Shown piece by piece: positions 18,038 through 27,930 of a stretch of 44,789 nt of DNA. The stretch is from a phage: the sequence record PZ379181.1. One strand, 5' to 3'. A model generated the notes under the pieces. The model made no database searches and had not been told where the DNA came from. It saw nothing but the letters and a program-made list of their open reading frames with translations. The position numbers and the translations under genes are program-made. Each line of letters begins with the position of its first letter. The stretch's first letter is position 1.

Positions 18038-18832
18038 TCAGGTTGAGCGGATTTTTTCAAATGCCAGTGCAGCTTTGCCACCAGCACCGTCGTAGTTATC
18101 CAGGAATTGCAGATAACGCAGAGTGATGCCGGAGTTATTGGTTGCAAACAACTGCGCGTAGCTGATAGAGGTGTTCGGCACCAGTTCTTGCATCAGGCGG
18201 CGAGCGGAAGCAGGCAGCAGGATATCAGTCGCGGTGTGAGCACCATTGGTAGCTGTTTCGATAGCATCGATAAGCGCTGTGATATCAGTCATAGCAGCAG
18301 CCGCGGAGTTCCAAGTACCAGCAACAACCTGGTTAACGTTCGGCGCATTGAATACGCCAGGAATGCCGTGCGGTGCAGAGCCAGACCATACCAGTTTATC
18401 GAGCAGGTTGTCATGAGCTTCAAAAGCCAAAGCCTGTTTACGAGCTGACAGTGACTGACCAGTTGCTGCGCCAGCTTTGATTTCGTCGGTGGAAATCAGG
18501 AACGCGTTACCAAAACGGAAAACTTTGCCTTGCTTCTCGGTCATGAACGCATCAACCAGCGGAAGGTCATCAGAGTAATCAGCGATAATCTGTGCGATTG
18601 CCGTTCCGTCAAACTCAGGGTACTCAAAATACTTTGCATGGGCCGGGATTTCGTTAGTTACTGGGAAGATATTAACTACGGAGTTTTCCGGATATTCTGC
18701 TTCGTACGCACGCGCCAGGTTGGCGGTCAACTGCTTGACGGTCCAGATACCAGCAGCATCAGCTTTATCTACACCCATTTGCTCAAGGTGAGCGGTGATT
18801 TTTGCTTGTTCTGCATCAAATTTAATGGCCAT
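18038..18832 (-). CDS. Major capsid protein
   Basis: 264 aa; strong terminator downstream; position after scaffold/protease and decoration-like genes. Confidence 0.65.
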   Translation of the reverse strand: MAIKFDAEQAKITAHLEQMGVDKADAAGIWTVKQLTANLARAYEAEYPENSVVNIFPVTNEIPAHAKYFEYPEFDGTAIAQIIADYSDDLPLVDAFMTEKQGKVFRFGNAFLISTDEIKAGAATGQSLSARKQALAFEAHDNLLDKLVWSGSAPHGIPGVFNAPNVNQVVAGTWNSAAAAMTDITALIDAIETATNGAHTATDILLPASARRLMQELVPNTSISYAQLFATNNSGITLRYLQFLDNYDGAGGKAALAFEKIRST

Positions 18833-18940
18833 TCTTGTTTATTCCTTTTCAGTTAGGTATGTACGAGTCAATTATACACGACTTTGTGGTTGTTACAATA
18901 GCATCATACATGAGGCTTAAATCTGGATGGCAAAAGACAC

Positions 18941-18962
18941 AAAAAACCTCCCGAAGGAGGCT
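18941..18962 (-). terminator. Rho-independent terminator after 176-aa head gene
   Basis: CCTCCTTCGGGAGG hairpin followed by T6 on minus strand. Confidence 0.7.
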
Positions 18963-18983
18963 TATTCATGCATTCAAATATTG

Positions 18984-19514
18984 TTAAGCAGTAGCTAATA
19001 CCGAATCTGCGGATTGAATCAATTGAACTTCAACCAGAGCGCCGTCGTAGCTCTCACCTTGCTTGATATGGTCGCTTCCGGGAGCGTAACCAGAAAGGAA
19101 ACCACCAGCGAACTTGTAACCAGTTTCCCAAGTTTTAGTAGCTGCTTTAGCTGTCACAACACCAGAAGCATTTACGTAAACTTTATCGCCAAATGCCGGA
19201 GCCGCAGACAGAGTGGTGCGAACCCAAATACGGCCAGAGGTCATGATGTTAACTGCTTCAAGGCCGCGAGCCTGACCATCCGGAGTCTCGTAGTGAGAAC
19301 GAACAACAACACCGTAAGGTTTAATTGCAGTCCCTGATACGGCTGGAAGGGCGACAACCTTGTGACCATCTACAGGCTGAGCGGTGCTAACACCCACGAA
19401 TGTGCCAACAGGGATACGTGTGGCGGCAGTACCGTCAACTACACAAGCGCCATCGATATTGTACAGGGAAGTATCAGCCACCATACCTGCCAGTGCTACA
19501 GAACGAATTGCCAT
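18984..19514 (-). CDS. Putative capsid decoration / head protein
   Basis: 176 aa between scaffold/protease and major capsid genes; own terminator. Confidence 0.4.
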   Translation of the reverse strand: MAIRSVALAGMVADTSLYNIDGACVVDGTAATRIPVGTFVGVSTAQPVDGHKVVALPAVSGTAIKPYGVVVRSHYETPDGQARGLEAVNIMTSGRIWVRTTLSAAPAFGDKVYVNASGVVTAKAATKTWETGYKFAGGFLSGYAPGSDHIKQGESYDGALVEVQLIQSADSVLATA

Positions 19515-19525
19515 TATCTATCTCC

Positions 19526-20632
19526 TTACTTTTTAATTTTTGCTAAACGAGCGCGCGGGTCTAATTTCTTAGGTGCGTCGGCAGCATCAGATTTGTCGGA
19601 AGCTGCGGTTGCCTTGCGAACTTCAGCCATTTTATCAGAATCTTTGGCAATGTCGAACGCTGCATCGATGTATGCGTCGGACTTCTCGGAAACATCAAGG
19701 CCGGAAACTTCTTTAACGTATAATACCTTAATGCCTTTAGCATCCAGGCCATCAGTCTTAACACCAGCTTCAGTGGCTACAGTAACCAGAGCGGCAAGTG
19801 CTTCAGCGTCAGCTTTGGCAGCTTTGACTGCTTTCTCGATTTCAGCGGGCATTGCGTCTACTTTGGCTTTCAGTGCGTCACGCTCAGCTTCGATGGAATC
19901 AACCTTAGCTTTCTGTGCTTCAACAGCGGAGTTAATTTTGGAGATGTGGTCTGCAACCTCTTTAGACACCTCAACTTCAACAGAGTCAATCTTAATCTTA
20001 ACTGTCATTTTGTTTTCCTTAGTATTTAAATCAACGTTGTCAGTATACGGGTTTTCTTGCTGCCCGTCCATATTTAGCTTAGCAATTCCAGCCCTACCCC
20101 TGAAGACCATAGCTAAATGGTTTACCTTAATGTCTCTCTGGATTGCGTCGAACTCTTGCCAGTCAGGGGGTATATCCAAACCCTGCGTGTTGTCAGTCCT
20201 AAGAATGTACTTACCAGTTGCCGGGTCGCCCCAACCTGGAGTTTCATCAAGAACTGCCGAGTAACCTACAGATAATTCCTTAGCGTTACCTGAGCGAGCC
20301 TCGTCAATAGCTTCTTGAGAGTATACGACAATTGGCGCAATTACCGTACTTCCTAGAGCCTCAGCTTTACCAGTTACCGAGCCGACCACTACGTCTTTAG
20401 CGTTATCGGAGTTTACAAAGACGTGGTCAAGAGTCATTGGCTTACCCTGGTAACTGGCTAGCGACTCCTCTTTGAAGACTTCTTCTGCTGGCCTGAACTC
20501 TCGAACAGTCGAACCATCCTCTGTGAAATAAACCTGCACACCAACCCTTGCTACTACTGGCGTATCGACGAGAAAACCATTCTCGTCAATGGTGGCTTTG
20601 AATGTTGCTGTATCAAAGCGATTCTTATACAT
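19526..20632 (-). CDS. Putative prohead protease / scaffolding protein
   Basis: Start at ATG 20632 with GAGGAG RBS; C-terminal half is coiled-coil-like (KAKVDSIEAERDALKAKVDAMPAEIEKAVKAAKADAEALAAL). Confidence 0.45.
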   Translation of the reverse strand: MYKNRFDTATFKATIDENGFLVDTPVVARVGVQVYFTEDGSTVREFRPAEEVFKEESLASYQGKPMTLDHVFVNSDNAKDVVVGSVTGKAEALGSTVIAPIVVYSQEAIDEARSGNAKELSVGYSAVLDETPGWGDPATGKYILRTDNTQGLDIPPDWQEFDAIQRDIKVNHLAMVFRGRAGIAKLNMDGQQENPYTDNVDLNTKENKMTVKIKIDSVEVEVSKEVADHISKINSAVEAQKAKVDSIEAERDALKAKVDAMPAEIEKAVKAAKADAEALAALVTVATEAGVKTDGLDAKGIKVLYVKEVSGLDVSEKSDAYIDAAFDIAKDSDKMAEVRKATAASDKSDAADAPKKLDPRARLAKIKK

Positions 20633-20680
20633 CCCAATTCTCCTCACTAAAATCCATCGAATTCATCTTTCATCCTCATG

Positions 20681-21409
20681 TTATGACTCCCAATCCGGCA
20701 CAGCCCAACAACGACAGCCGTATTCCTGACCAGGGAAGAGATCGTTACCGCCCAACCTGAAGCTTAGGCCCTCTTTCTTGAAATGGGTCATTCGCTCCCT
20801 TTCATCAAGCATGCCGTGCCAAATGTAATGTGTAACACCAGCATCCTCTAGCCTCCTGCGCATGAACGTAGAGTTAATACTGGACGTGATGCCTGAGGCT
20901 ATATTAGCAGTTCTCTTGCGGTAAATCTTGTACCTTTCGTTAATCTTAAGGTAGTCACCACTCTGTATGATTGATGCAGACTGAATAAAGTCGTCCTTGA
21001 TATTGTTGAGTAACTTTTCAACGGACTTATTTGATGTGTAAAGCCACTGGTTTAAATCCGGCTGATACCAATCTTCATCTCCATTTATACCGTTAAGTCT
21101 CAAGTCCATAACTGACTGGACCGAGCCGCCACCAGTCTTGATTGCCAGCACAAGAAACTGCGATGAATTATACCTGTATATTGACGCTCCAATTGCCGGA
21201 AGTGTAGCTACAACAGAAGCTATAAGCGCTGCTATGATTGCGTCGAGATAATTATCTTCCTGCTCTAGCTCCTCGGCAGTGTCAATCTTAAGCCGCGTAG
21301 CTGATTCTTTCATTGCAGATATTAGCTCAGTTACCGCAACGCTAAGGTTGCGGTTTACCTGATTCTCAATTGTCTGCGGGTACTTCCAGCGGGTCTTCAC
21401 TGGTTTCAT
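20681..21409 (-). CDS. Head morphogenesis protein (Mu F / SPP1 gp7-like)
   Basis: 242 aa; C-terminal GCRCW motif; immediately after portal gene. Confidence 0.6.
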   Translation of the reverse strand: MKPVKTRWKYPQTIENQVNRNLSVAVTELISAMKESATRLKIDTAEELEQEDNYLDAIIAALIASVVATLPAIGASIYRYNSSQFLVLAIKTGGGSVQSVMDLRLNGINGDEDWYQPDLNQWLYTSNKSVEKLLNNIKDDFIQSASIIQSGDYLKINERYKIYRKRTANIASGITSSINSTFMRRRLEDAGVTHYIWHGMLDERERMTHFKKEGLSFRLGGNDLFPGQEYGCRCWAVPDWES

Positions 21410-22643
21410 TGATTGTTACCTCTGTCTCAATTGAACCTTCACCAATCTTAACCTCAGGGGCTAATGCGCGCAAGGTATCTCGTGCTTCGTCTGCATCCAT
21501 CACGCCGTTAGTGATAAGAGCAGTAATTGAATCAACGTTATTCTTCAGTACTTCAGCGCGGTCTTTCTTCGATTCCTGAGCTAGAGGGTTAAACTCAACT
21601 GACCATTCTTGCTCGGTTGTGACGAACGGGATTAAGAACCCAAGAACTGGAAGTAGCTCTTCGTTACGCTTGCGGTCAATCAACTTATGGAATGTCTCTA
21701 GCGCTGTGTTTTGGCTAGATGATAACCCGCCAACGTTACGACCTTTGAGAATGATTTCATGGATACCGCTCAGAGCAACAATTCTGTCGAACTTCTTATC
21801 GAGGAATCCATCAATCCCACCAATATCCGAGTTAAGAACGCTGTACTCTTCAGCTTCAGCGTCGATACCAATCGCGCGACCAACGCCAGAGTTATCATCA
21901 ACCTGGGCAAGCCTCAACCTGGCCGCACCAAAACCTTCCGCGTCGTCACACAGTTCAGCAAGGCCTTTAGCCTTCCACACCGCCTGCTGCTTGCGGCGCA
22001 ATAACTGAGTTGCCAGTTTCTCACACGTCTGATAATCCTTGATTGATTCAAGCAGGTCAGGAACCAGAACGCTAGCACCCCACCCGTCATTACCGCGACG
22101 CAATGAACTAGGAATCTTCTCGCCATCCATAATGTGAACTCGCGAGTAGTGCACATCATAAAACATGGCGCCACCTTCTGGCGTGATGCGGTACGTTAAT
22201 GGCTTACCGAATCGCACATTGCGAGGGTTTTCCTCCTTAGTCTGAACTCTTACCTGGCTACGCTCATAAACGCGAAGTGATTCAAGTTCCGCGCCTTCAC
22301 GTACCGGGCTAGTTAGCGCACGATTGTCCTTAGCGATAGCCACAATTGCAGAGCCGCCAAATAACCTCGCCCATGACCATGCGTCAGAGATTGACTCGTT
22401 AACCTTCAGGTAATCCCACCTGGACCAGAATTCACCTTCGTCATCAATACCATCGATATGGAAACCTGCGGCGATTGCTGTCTCCGGTATGGTGTCGACG
22501 ATGCGGCGTACAATTGAGTTTGATGCGTACAGTGAATCAGCGAAAGGAGGTGTAAGATACGTGTTGCCAAAGTGCCCGTAAATCTCGCTACCATCACTGG
22601 AGCCACCAAGAAATTGCGTGGCGTATGAATCTGCTTTTACCAT
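21366..22643 (-). CDS. Portal protein
   Basis: Start moved to ATG 22643 (TGGAG RBS) because the longer ORF runs into the upstream terminator; about 425 aa; position after terminase. Confidence 0.8.
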   Translation of the reverse strand: MVKADSYATQFLGGSSDGSEIYGHFGNTYLTPPFADSLYASNSIVRRIVDTIPETAIAAGFHIDGIDDEGEFWSRWDYLKVNESISDAWSWARLFGGSAIVAIAKDNRALTSPVREGAELESLRVYERSQVRVQTKEENPRNVRFGKPLTYRITPEGGAMFYDVHYSRVHIMDGEKIPSSLRRGNDGWGASVLVPDLLESIKDYQTCEKLATQLLRRKQQAVWKAKGLAELCDDAEGFGAARLRLAQVDDNSGVGRAIGIDAEAEEYSVLNSDIGGIDGFLDKKFDRIVALSGIHEIILKGRNVGGLSSSQNTALETFHKLIDRKRNEELLPVLGFLIPFVTTEQEWSVEFNPLAQESKKDRAEVLKNNVDSITALITNGVMDADEARDTLRALAPEVKIGEGSIETEVTINETSEDPLEVPADN

Positions 22644-22656
22644 TTTATTTGCTCCA

Positions 22657-22680
22657 ATAAAAAGCCCCATTTAGGGGCTT
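22657..22680 (-). terminator. Hairpin plus T-run between 117-aa gene and portal gene
   Basis: AGCCCCTAAATGGGGCT followed by TTTTTATT on minus strand. Confidence 0.55.
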
Positions 22681-22701
22681 AGTTTAGCATAGCTTTTATG
22701 G

Positions 22702-23055
22702 TTACTCGAATTTTACTTCGAACTTGATTGATGATGTTTTCACTCCATTAAGTGTTAACTGGCGAACCTCCCTTCTGACTTCATAAAATGCCTCTTTAGT
22801 TACTATGTCTTTGTTGATGAAGTATTTAATCCCAGCCTTTTCAACTTTAAAATTATCACCTTTAACGACAAAATCGGTAGGCTCTATAACTTCGAAATCA
22901 TAAACACTAAGATTAATTACGCCCACATAGCCTTTATCATCCTTAACTTTGACGTATTCATTATTACTTTCAGACGTTCTTGATAAGTCATAAATCTTAC
23001 CAACGGTAAATTCAAAATAACCATATTTTTTATACCCTTTAAATACTGCTTTCAT
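22702..23055 (-). CDS. hypothetical protein (117 aa)
   Basis: ATG start; own operator module upstream; between terminase and portal genes. Confidence 0.5.
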   Translation of the reverse strand: MKAVFKGYKKYGYFEFTVGKIYDLSRTSESNNEYVKVKDDKGYVGVINLSVYDFEVIEPTDFVVKGDNFKVEKAGIKYFINKDIVTKEAFYEVRREVRQLTLNGVKTSSIKFEVKFE

Positions 23056-23112
23056 TTTTTACTCCTCTCGTTTGCGTGAAGTAACTATAAGCCATCCTTG
23101 GCGGCACGTCTT

Positions 23113-23127
23113 TAGCAAAACGTGCTA
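23113..23127 (-). promoter_or_regulatory. TAGCA-N5-TGCTA operator/promoter module (upstream of 117-aa gene)
   Basis: TAGCAaaacgTGCTA; its TAG is the terminase large-subunit stop codon. Confidence 0.5.
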
Positions 23128-24696
23128 TTTGATGCCAGCGAGGCGCATCATCCTCGATTTAGGGTCTTCTGCAATGTTCAGTACCAGGTTTACGGCCATT
23201 GTCAAACAGTCTATCTGGTCATCGTGAACATGTGAATCATCTGCCGTGAATGCCGCAATCTCCGTTAGCAAGCCATTAAGCCAAGTAGCAGACTCCGGAA
23301 GGATTACGTTACCAGCTTTAATCTGCGGCAATGCACTCATTACGCGAGTCAGCTTATCGTTATCCGGAACGTACGGCTCGATAGGCGTTCGCATAACCCT
23401 TCCGGCTGATTGAATCAGGCCAATACCAGAGGCTTTCTTCTCGATGATGATTTTACGAAGGATGCCATCTATCTGATTGGATGCCCTAGCCATCTTCTCG
23501 AAATCCAATAACTCAGCCTCGAGCTCAGGAGCTTCAAATTTACCGCGCCGCTGGTCAAGCAGATAAATCTTCCCATCCTTATAACCCCATAGCTGCATGA
23601 CGCTAAAGTCGCTGTAACTTTTGGTTGTCATCGCAGTATCAAGGACCATAAACCTGTAATCGTACTTAGCTGGCGGTCGCAGAGTGTCGCTAATGCGTTG
23701 AAGCCAGTCTACGTTAATCAGGTTGCCGCCAAGTGCTACTGGTTCTTGCTGATACTGGCTAAGGAATGTATAGCTATCAGAATCCCACATTGCAACTAGG
23801 TCGTGAACAGATTCCTTGCCAGGGAAATAGCTATAGTACCTAACACCATCACGCTCAATATATTCGCTTGATAGAACGTCATCAATGAATTGCCGCTTAA
23901 TCCAGTCAGGAAGCGTGTCGACGTAATCCTCAGTTACGAGCGCCGGTATCTTAATCAAGTCGAAGCTAATACCCATACCGCCATTCATCATGAACCACGT
24001 ACTATCATTCACATGAAGGCGCTGTTGGATAGAGATAATCGGCGTCGCCTTTCCTTTTACGGAGCTCGCCCTACGAGAGCGTATTGTATTCTTTAGCATC
24101 ACGTGATTGTTAGCGCGAAAAACAGCAGAAAGCATGTCGGCTGGTTTGTCAAAATCATCTAACAGAACCGCTCCGCTATATGAATCCGTTATATATCCAC
24201 CCCTTGCGCCGGTTATTTGGCCTCCAGCAGCCTTAGATATTGACTCAAACCGAACCTTACCAGACTCATCCAGAACTTGAAGCTCATCATCCTTGCACGT
24301 ACCGAACTTGCATGGGAATAACTCCTGGAACTCAACAGACTTAATCAGGTCCCGAACTCGCTTGGAGTTACGCTTAACAAGTGAGTCGGCAAACGAGATG
24401 TTCAGGTTCCTGACCTTCTTTAGCTTAACCATCGAGTAGGCCGGGAAGTGAATTGAAGCTATCTCTGTTTTTCCACTTCCTGGAGCGATGTTAATGATTG
24501 TGTCCTTGCGCTCACCAGCGATAATCTCGTCAATGATTCGACACAGGTATTTGTGATGCCAGTTAGGGATGTATCGCTCGCCCTGGGTAAGTTGGAACCA
24601 CACCCGCAAGAATCCCTCGAAACTATGAGTGGATATAGCCTTAACTGCCATCTTTTCTGCTGGCGTCATTTCTTCCCATACTAATGTTTCACTCAT
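23125..24696 (-). CDS. Terminase large subunit
   Basis: Start at ATG 24696 with GGAGAG RBS; Walker A NIAPGSGKTE; about 523 aa. Confidence 0.9.
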   Translation of the reverse strand: MSETLVWEEMTPAEKMAVKAISTHSFEGFLRVWFQLTQGERYIPNWHHKYLCRIIDEIIAGERKDTIINIAPGSGKTEIASIHFPAYSMVKLKKVRNLNISFADSLVKRNSKRVRDLIKSVEFQELFPCKFGTCKDDELQVLDESGKVRFESISKAAGGQITGARGGYITDSYSGAVLLDDFDKPADMLSAVFRANNHVMLKNTIRSRRASSVKGKATPIISIQQRLHVNDSTWFMMNGGMGISFDLIKIPALVTEDYVDTLPDWIKRQFIDDVLSSEYIERDGVRYYSYFPGKESVHDLVAMWDSDSYTFLSQYQQEPVALGGNLINVDWLQRISDTLRPPAKYDYRFMVLDTAMTTKSYSDFSVMQLWGYKDGKIYLLDQRRGKFEAPELEAELLDFEKMARASNQIDGILRKIIIEKKASGIGLIQSAGRVMRTPIEPYVPDNDKLTRVMSALPQIKAGNVILPESATWLNGLLTEIAAFTADDSHVHDDQIDCLTMAVNLVLNIAEDPKSRMMRLAGIK

Positions 24697-24712
24697 CCTA
24701 CTCTCCAAACTA

Positions 24713-25237
24713 TTACAGCTTACTAATCACAGACTCCAGCGCTTCCTTCATCGTATCGACGTCGTTAGCTGAAGAGTTGTTGCTGATGGTAATCTCCTGC
24801 GGCTTGTCGATTCCAAGCTCTTTGGAAATCATGCCAGGGTTAATGATGCCAGATGCTGCAAGCTGGTATTTCTGCTCGCGAATCACGGAATCAATGAACG
24901 CAATCACCTCATCATAACCAGCCGACTTCCTCCATTTCTCGATGGCGCTATGGGTGACACCGCAGTAAAGGCAGAATCCGGTTAGCGTGAAGACTCGTGG
25001 TTTGTGCACCAGGCTCTCTTTTACCACACCCTGGAAGCTGGCTGTCTCGATTGCCTTGATTGCCTGGTTCTCAGCCCATGAGAAGTATTTCACGGCGAAT
25101 TCAAATAGCTGTTCGGGTGTCATGCTTCGGTTTTTGGCTAGCGTTGTAATGTCTGAGTACTTTTTATTGTACATGGCTTTAAAGTTGCCAGAGCGGACCT
25201 TTTCTTGCGCCTGACTGGTGAAGTTTTCGTCTTTCAT
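24713..25237 (-). CDS. Terminase small subunit
   Basis: 174 aa immediately upstream of large subunit; AGGAGG RBS. Confidence 0.6.
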   Translation of the reverse strand: MKDENFTSQAQEKVRSGNFKAMYNKKYSDITTLAKNRSMTPEQLFEFAVKYFSWAENQAIKAIETASFQGVVKESLVHKPRVFTLTGFCLYCGVTHSAIEKWRKSAGYDEVIAFIDSVIREQKYQLAASGIINPGMISKELGIDKPQEITISNNSSANDVDTMKEALESVISKL

Positions 25238-25284
25238 TTTGTTACCTCCTTTGTTTAGAGATGCATTATATCATATAGCAAACG

Positions 25285-25308
25285 AAAAAAAGCCCTCAAG
25301 AAGAGGGC
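25285..25308 (-). terminator. Rho-independent terminator upstream of terminase operon
   Basis: GCCCTCTTCTTGAGGGC hairpin followed by T7 on minus strand. Confidence 0.7.
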
Positions 25309-25361
25309 GAAGTATCGAACAACAACGAGAGATATGAAACAAACAGAGAGTAGAACTTCTT

Positions 25362-25550
25362 TTACTTTCGCTCACGAACGTAAGCTACTAGGAATTTGTG
25401 GTAATCCGGGTCGGCACCAGACATTACCTTAACTTTCGCTACTGCTTCCTCTGAGGACTTAGCAGTAACCGACGCGATAAATTCTTGAGTGCAACTTTTG
25501 CAACTACGACCCATTAATCGGATTGAAAGCTTAACATCCCAGAGCTGCAT
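25362..25550 (-). CDS. hypothetical protein (62 aa)
   Basis: ATG start; terminator downstream. Confidence 0.4.
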   Translation of the reverse strand: MQLWDVKLSIRLMGRSCKSCTQEFIASVTAKSSEEAVAKVKVMSGADPDYHKFLVAYVRERK

Positions 25551-25743
25551 TTTTTATCTTCCCGCTCTGATTGCTATAGTTTTGAGTTTCTCTTTCAAGC
25601 TCGAGATAGCCTTTAATATCCGCGCTAACTGAAACCCCGCCAATCACACCCTTTAAGCATTTATGTTCACGGTCAAGTGTTGCGTTGAATTTTTGGGAAG
25701 TGCCGCTTTCAATATCTTTTACGATGATTGTTACTTTTTTCAT
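25531..25743 (-). CDS. hypothetical protein (70 aa)
   Basis: ATG start. Confidence 0.4.
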   Translation of the reverse strand: MKKVTIIVKDIESGTSQKFNATLDREHKCLKGVIGGVSVSADIKGYLELERETQNYSNQSGKIKNAALGC

Positions 25744-25774
25744 TTAATCCCCCAGGATTATTGGTTTCTTAATT

Positions 25775-25850
25775 TGGTGTTCCGCACTGGACTCGAACCA
25801 GTAACTAAGACTTAGGAGGTCTTTGCGTTATCCTGTTACGCCAGCAGAAC
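25775..25850 (-). tRNA. tRNA-Arg (anticodon CCU)
   Basis: 76 nt folded by hand: 7-bp acceptor stem GTTCTGC/GCGGAAC, D arm GCGT/ACGC, anticodon loop CTCCTAA, T arm ACTGG-TTCGAGT-CCAGT, discriminator A, encoded CCA. Confidence 0.85.
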
Positions 25851-26038
25851 AAATCCTTGAGTAGCGATTGCGCTATTGAAGGATTGCTGGTTACGCTTCC
25901 AGCGTCGAGTTTCTCGACCGATTTCGCCATATACGCTGCTTAGTGAGCTATGGACTTTGTGTTGCGCTCCGTGCGCCGTTGCCACTTGGTGGCCTCGTCT
26001 GTCTACAGTTGTTAATGTACCAGTCAGGGTTAGATGTG

Positions 26039-26236
26039 TCAACTTACTCTTTCGAATTTCCCATAATTCTGGTCATACGGGTAGTCAATGCTCACCAATT
26101 CGCCATTATCGCTGTAGCAGAATACGTGGCCAGTCTTCGATACCTTTTCGACCTGGTAATCGCATCCATCCATGAAGTCATCAGATACCGCCTTTGTGCA
26201 CTTGATAGCATCGCCTTTCTTAATAATTTTATTCAT
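26039..26236 (-). CDS. hypothetical protein (65 aa)
   Basis: Start at ATG 26236 (track start was TTG). Confidence 0.4.
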   Translation of the reverse strand: MNKIIKKGDAIKCTKAVSDDFMDGCDYQVEKVSKTGHVFCYSDNGELVSIDYPYDQNYGKFERVS

Positions 26237-26451
26237 CAAAACTCCTCAGTTATAAGCATCTTGCCACAATCTTTGCACTCGTAGAATGAACAGCTTTCAC
26301 CAACAAATAGACTTTGTTTTGTTGACTCATGGTACTTGTCGTTTAGCGCTTTAATGTCAAAATCGTTAATATTTGATGTGAACACGTAAACGTAGCGATG
26401 CTTGTGATTGATTTCTTTATTATTCATAAAGGCTATTCCCATTCTGATCAT
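26236..26451 (-). CDS. hypothetical protein (71 aa), Cys-rich
   Basis: ATG start; contains C..C...C..C pattern (possible zinc ribbon). Confidence 0.4.
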   Translation of the reverse strand: MIRMGIAFMNNKEINHKHRYVYVFTSNINDFDIKALNDKYHESTKQSLFVGESCSFYECKDCGKMLITEEF

Positions 26452-26656
26452 GGCCTACGCGACATTTTCTATAACCAGCAATCCACACAAATTTGTCTCG
26501 AGCAATTAGTGTCGAAACCGGCCCCCACACTTGAGTAATCAGCGCTGCCACTACCTTATCATCTTTCTTCTTTGCGCCAAGTTTGCCGTACTCTTCATTC
26601 AGCTTATCAGCCTGGCGCTTGACTGCGTTAAAGTATGCGTCGTTTAATCCGAACAT
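26420..26656 (-). CDS. hypothetical protein (78 aa)
   Basis: ATG start. Confidence 0.4.
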   Translation of the reverse strand: MFGLNDAYFNAVKRQADKLNEEYGKLGAKKKDDKVVAALITQVWGPVSTLIARDKFVWIAGYRKCRVGHDQNGNSLYE

Positions 26657-26793
26657 TATTCATCATCCTCCTGCATCCATGAGACTTCGCGATTATCACC
26701 ATCGCAAATGAATTCGGTACCTTGTTTTTCGTGGAAGTAAATCAAGTCATCAATGAATTCAAATTCGTAAGGGAACCATCTCATTCGTTTCAT
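26656..26793 (-). CDS. hypothetical small protein (45 aa)
   Basis: Hand-translated; below ORF-track size cutoff; TAATG overlap with downstream gene. Confidence 0.3.
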   Translation of the reverse strand: MKRMRWFPYEFEFIDDLIYFHEKQGTEFICDGDNREVSWMQEDDE

Positions 26794-26852
26794 ATCTCTA
26801 TCTCTCTTCGTTGTTTGATGGGTTAATTATATGGCATCCATGCCTGTCATGT

Positions 26853-26993
26853 TTAGCAATTCGTGCTATCCATTTTATCTTCACGCTCTTTCCATAGATT
26901 CATTAGCTCGAAGTACATCATGGCAACCTCGCCAGTCTTAGCCTCATCCATCATCCGTTTAGCCCACTGGCTTGGTGTTTCGTAGTTATCCAT
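26853..26993 (-). CDS. hypothetical small protein (46 aa)
   Basis: Hand-translated; stop codon lies inside operator module. Confidence 0.3.
   Translation of the reverse strand: MDNYETPSQWAKRMMDEAKTGEVAMMYFELMNLWKEREDKMDSTNC
26854..26868 (-). promoter_or_regulatory. TAGCA-N5-TGCTA operator/promoter module
   Basis: TAGCAattcgTGCTA with hairpin, TATAATTA and CCCATCAAACAACGAAGAGAG leader before ATG 26793. Confidence 0.5.
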
Positions 26994-27154
26994 TAGTAAA
27001 CAAGAGCCTCGTGGTTTGCTATGTAAAGCTCCTCATCGTGCTTGTTTTTAATGAAGTACCCATTGCCATCTTCGCTAGGCTCTGCATAGAATACGTCACC
27101 ATGCTTCAAACAAGCCATATAATCATCCTCACCAATGAATACGATCTTAATCAT
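26993..27154 (-). CDS. hypothetical small protein (53 aa)
   Basis: Hand-translated; below ORF-track cutoff. Confidence 0.3.
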   Translation of the reverse strand: MIKIVFIGEDDYMACLKHGDVFYAEPSEDGNGYFIKNKHDEELYIANHEALVY

Positions 27155-27317
27155 GTAATCACCTCTTTTAAATTATTGTTCGTTAGGATCGCTTTTAGCG
27201 TCATCTACGGCTGCTGAAATCATGTAAATAATCATGAAGCCCAATGACCAGAGTAACCATGGCAATGCTTCAACCAGAACTTCACCCATCACTAACCCAG
27301 TATGCATTTCTCTATCC

Positions 27318-27740
27318 TCAGATTTTGTTAATTTGCTCAAACTTCTCAAACCAGAAAACAACTGGATCCTCAACTATGGAGATGAGGCCGAACCGCTCTG
27401 CCGTGCGAAAATTCATGCTGCTCTTACGCCCGCGAGCGACTTGAAGAGACACCTGTTCCCTGAACATTTCAAGGGAATAGCAAGTTTTCATGAGGTTGCA
27501 TGGAGCACATGCAGGGTAAAGGTTTTCCATTCGATCAGCTTGTGGTCGATTAAACTCACCTGTCGCCTTCAGCTTGAAAGTTCCTTTCTCCGCTGACTTC
27601 ATGCATACCTCAGATTTACGTAGCACCGGTTCAACATGGTCAGCATGCCAGCCTTTCTCAGGTAGTTCACACCCACAATAAGCGCAGCGACCACCGAACT
27701 TGCCCTTCAACTCTTCCCTTTGAGATTTGCTTAATTTCAT
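27318..27740 (-). CDS. HNH endonuclease (zinc-finger type)
   Basis: 140 aa; CAYCGC...HADHV...CAPCN motif. Confidence 0.7.
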   Translation of the reverse strand: MKLSKSQREELKGKFGGRCAYCGCELPEKGWHADHVEPVLRKSEVCMKSAEKGTFKLKATGEFNRPQADRMENLYPACAPCNLMKTCYSLEMFREQVSLQVARGRKSSMNFRTAERFGLISIVEDPVVFWFEKFEQINKI

Positions 27741-27750
27741 TTTATAAACC

Positions 27751-27930
27751 TTAAATTTTATTCAATTGATCAAGAATCTCGAAAGCCAGTTCTCGAGCTT
27801 GCTCTTCATTTAAGTGGATAGTATGAACCTTAGGTTCATCATGCAAACCGAAAGCCTGGGCGATGATAAATGTTGTGTAACCATCGAAGTTGTTAGCCTG
27901 GAGCTTAGGGTTACTTTGCTGTAATTTCAT
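27751..27930 (-). CDS. hypothetical small protein (59 aa)
   Basis: Hand-translated; ATGA overlap with upstream gene. Confidence 0.3.
   Translation of the reverse strand: MKLQQSNPKLQANNFDGYTTFIIAQAFGLHDEPKVHTIHLNEEQARELAFEILDQLNKI

Noticed and set aside
19362-20264. 300-aa plus-strand ORF antisense to the scaffold/protease gene
   Set aside because: Ser/Ala-rich low-complexity shadow of the coiled-coil coding strand. The many other antisense ORFs in the track inside J, tape measure, portal and terminase genes are rejected as shadow ORFs likewise.
25836-26042. 68-aa minus-strand ORF
   Set aside because: Overlaps the tRNA-Arg gene and its upstream region; His/Thr/Arg-rich, not protein-like.
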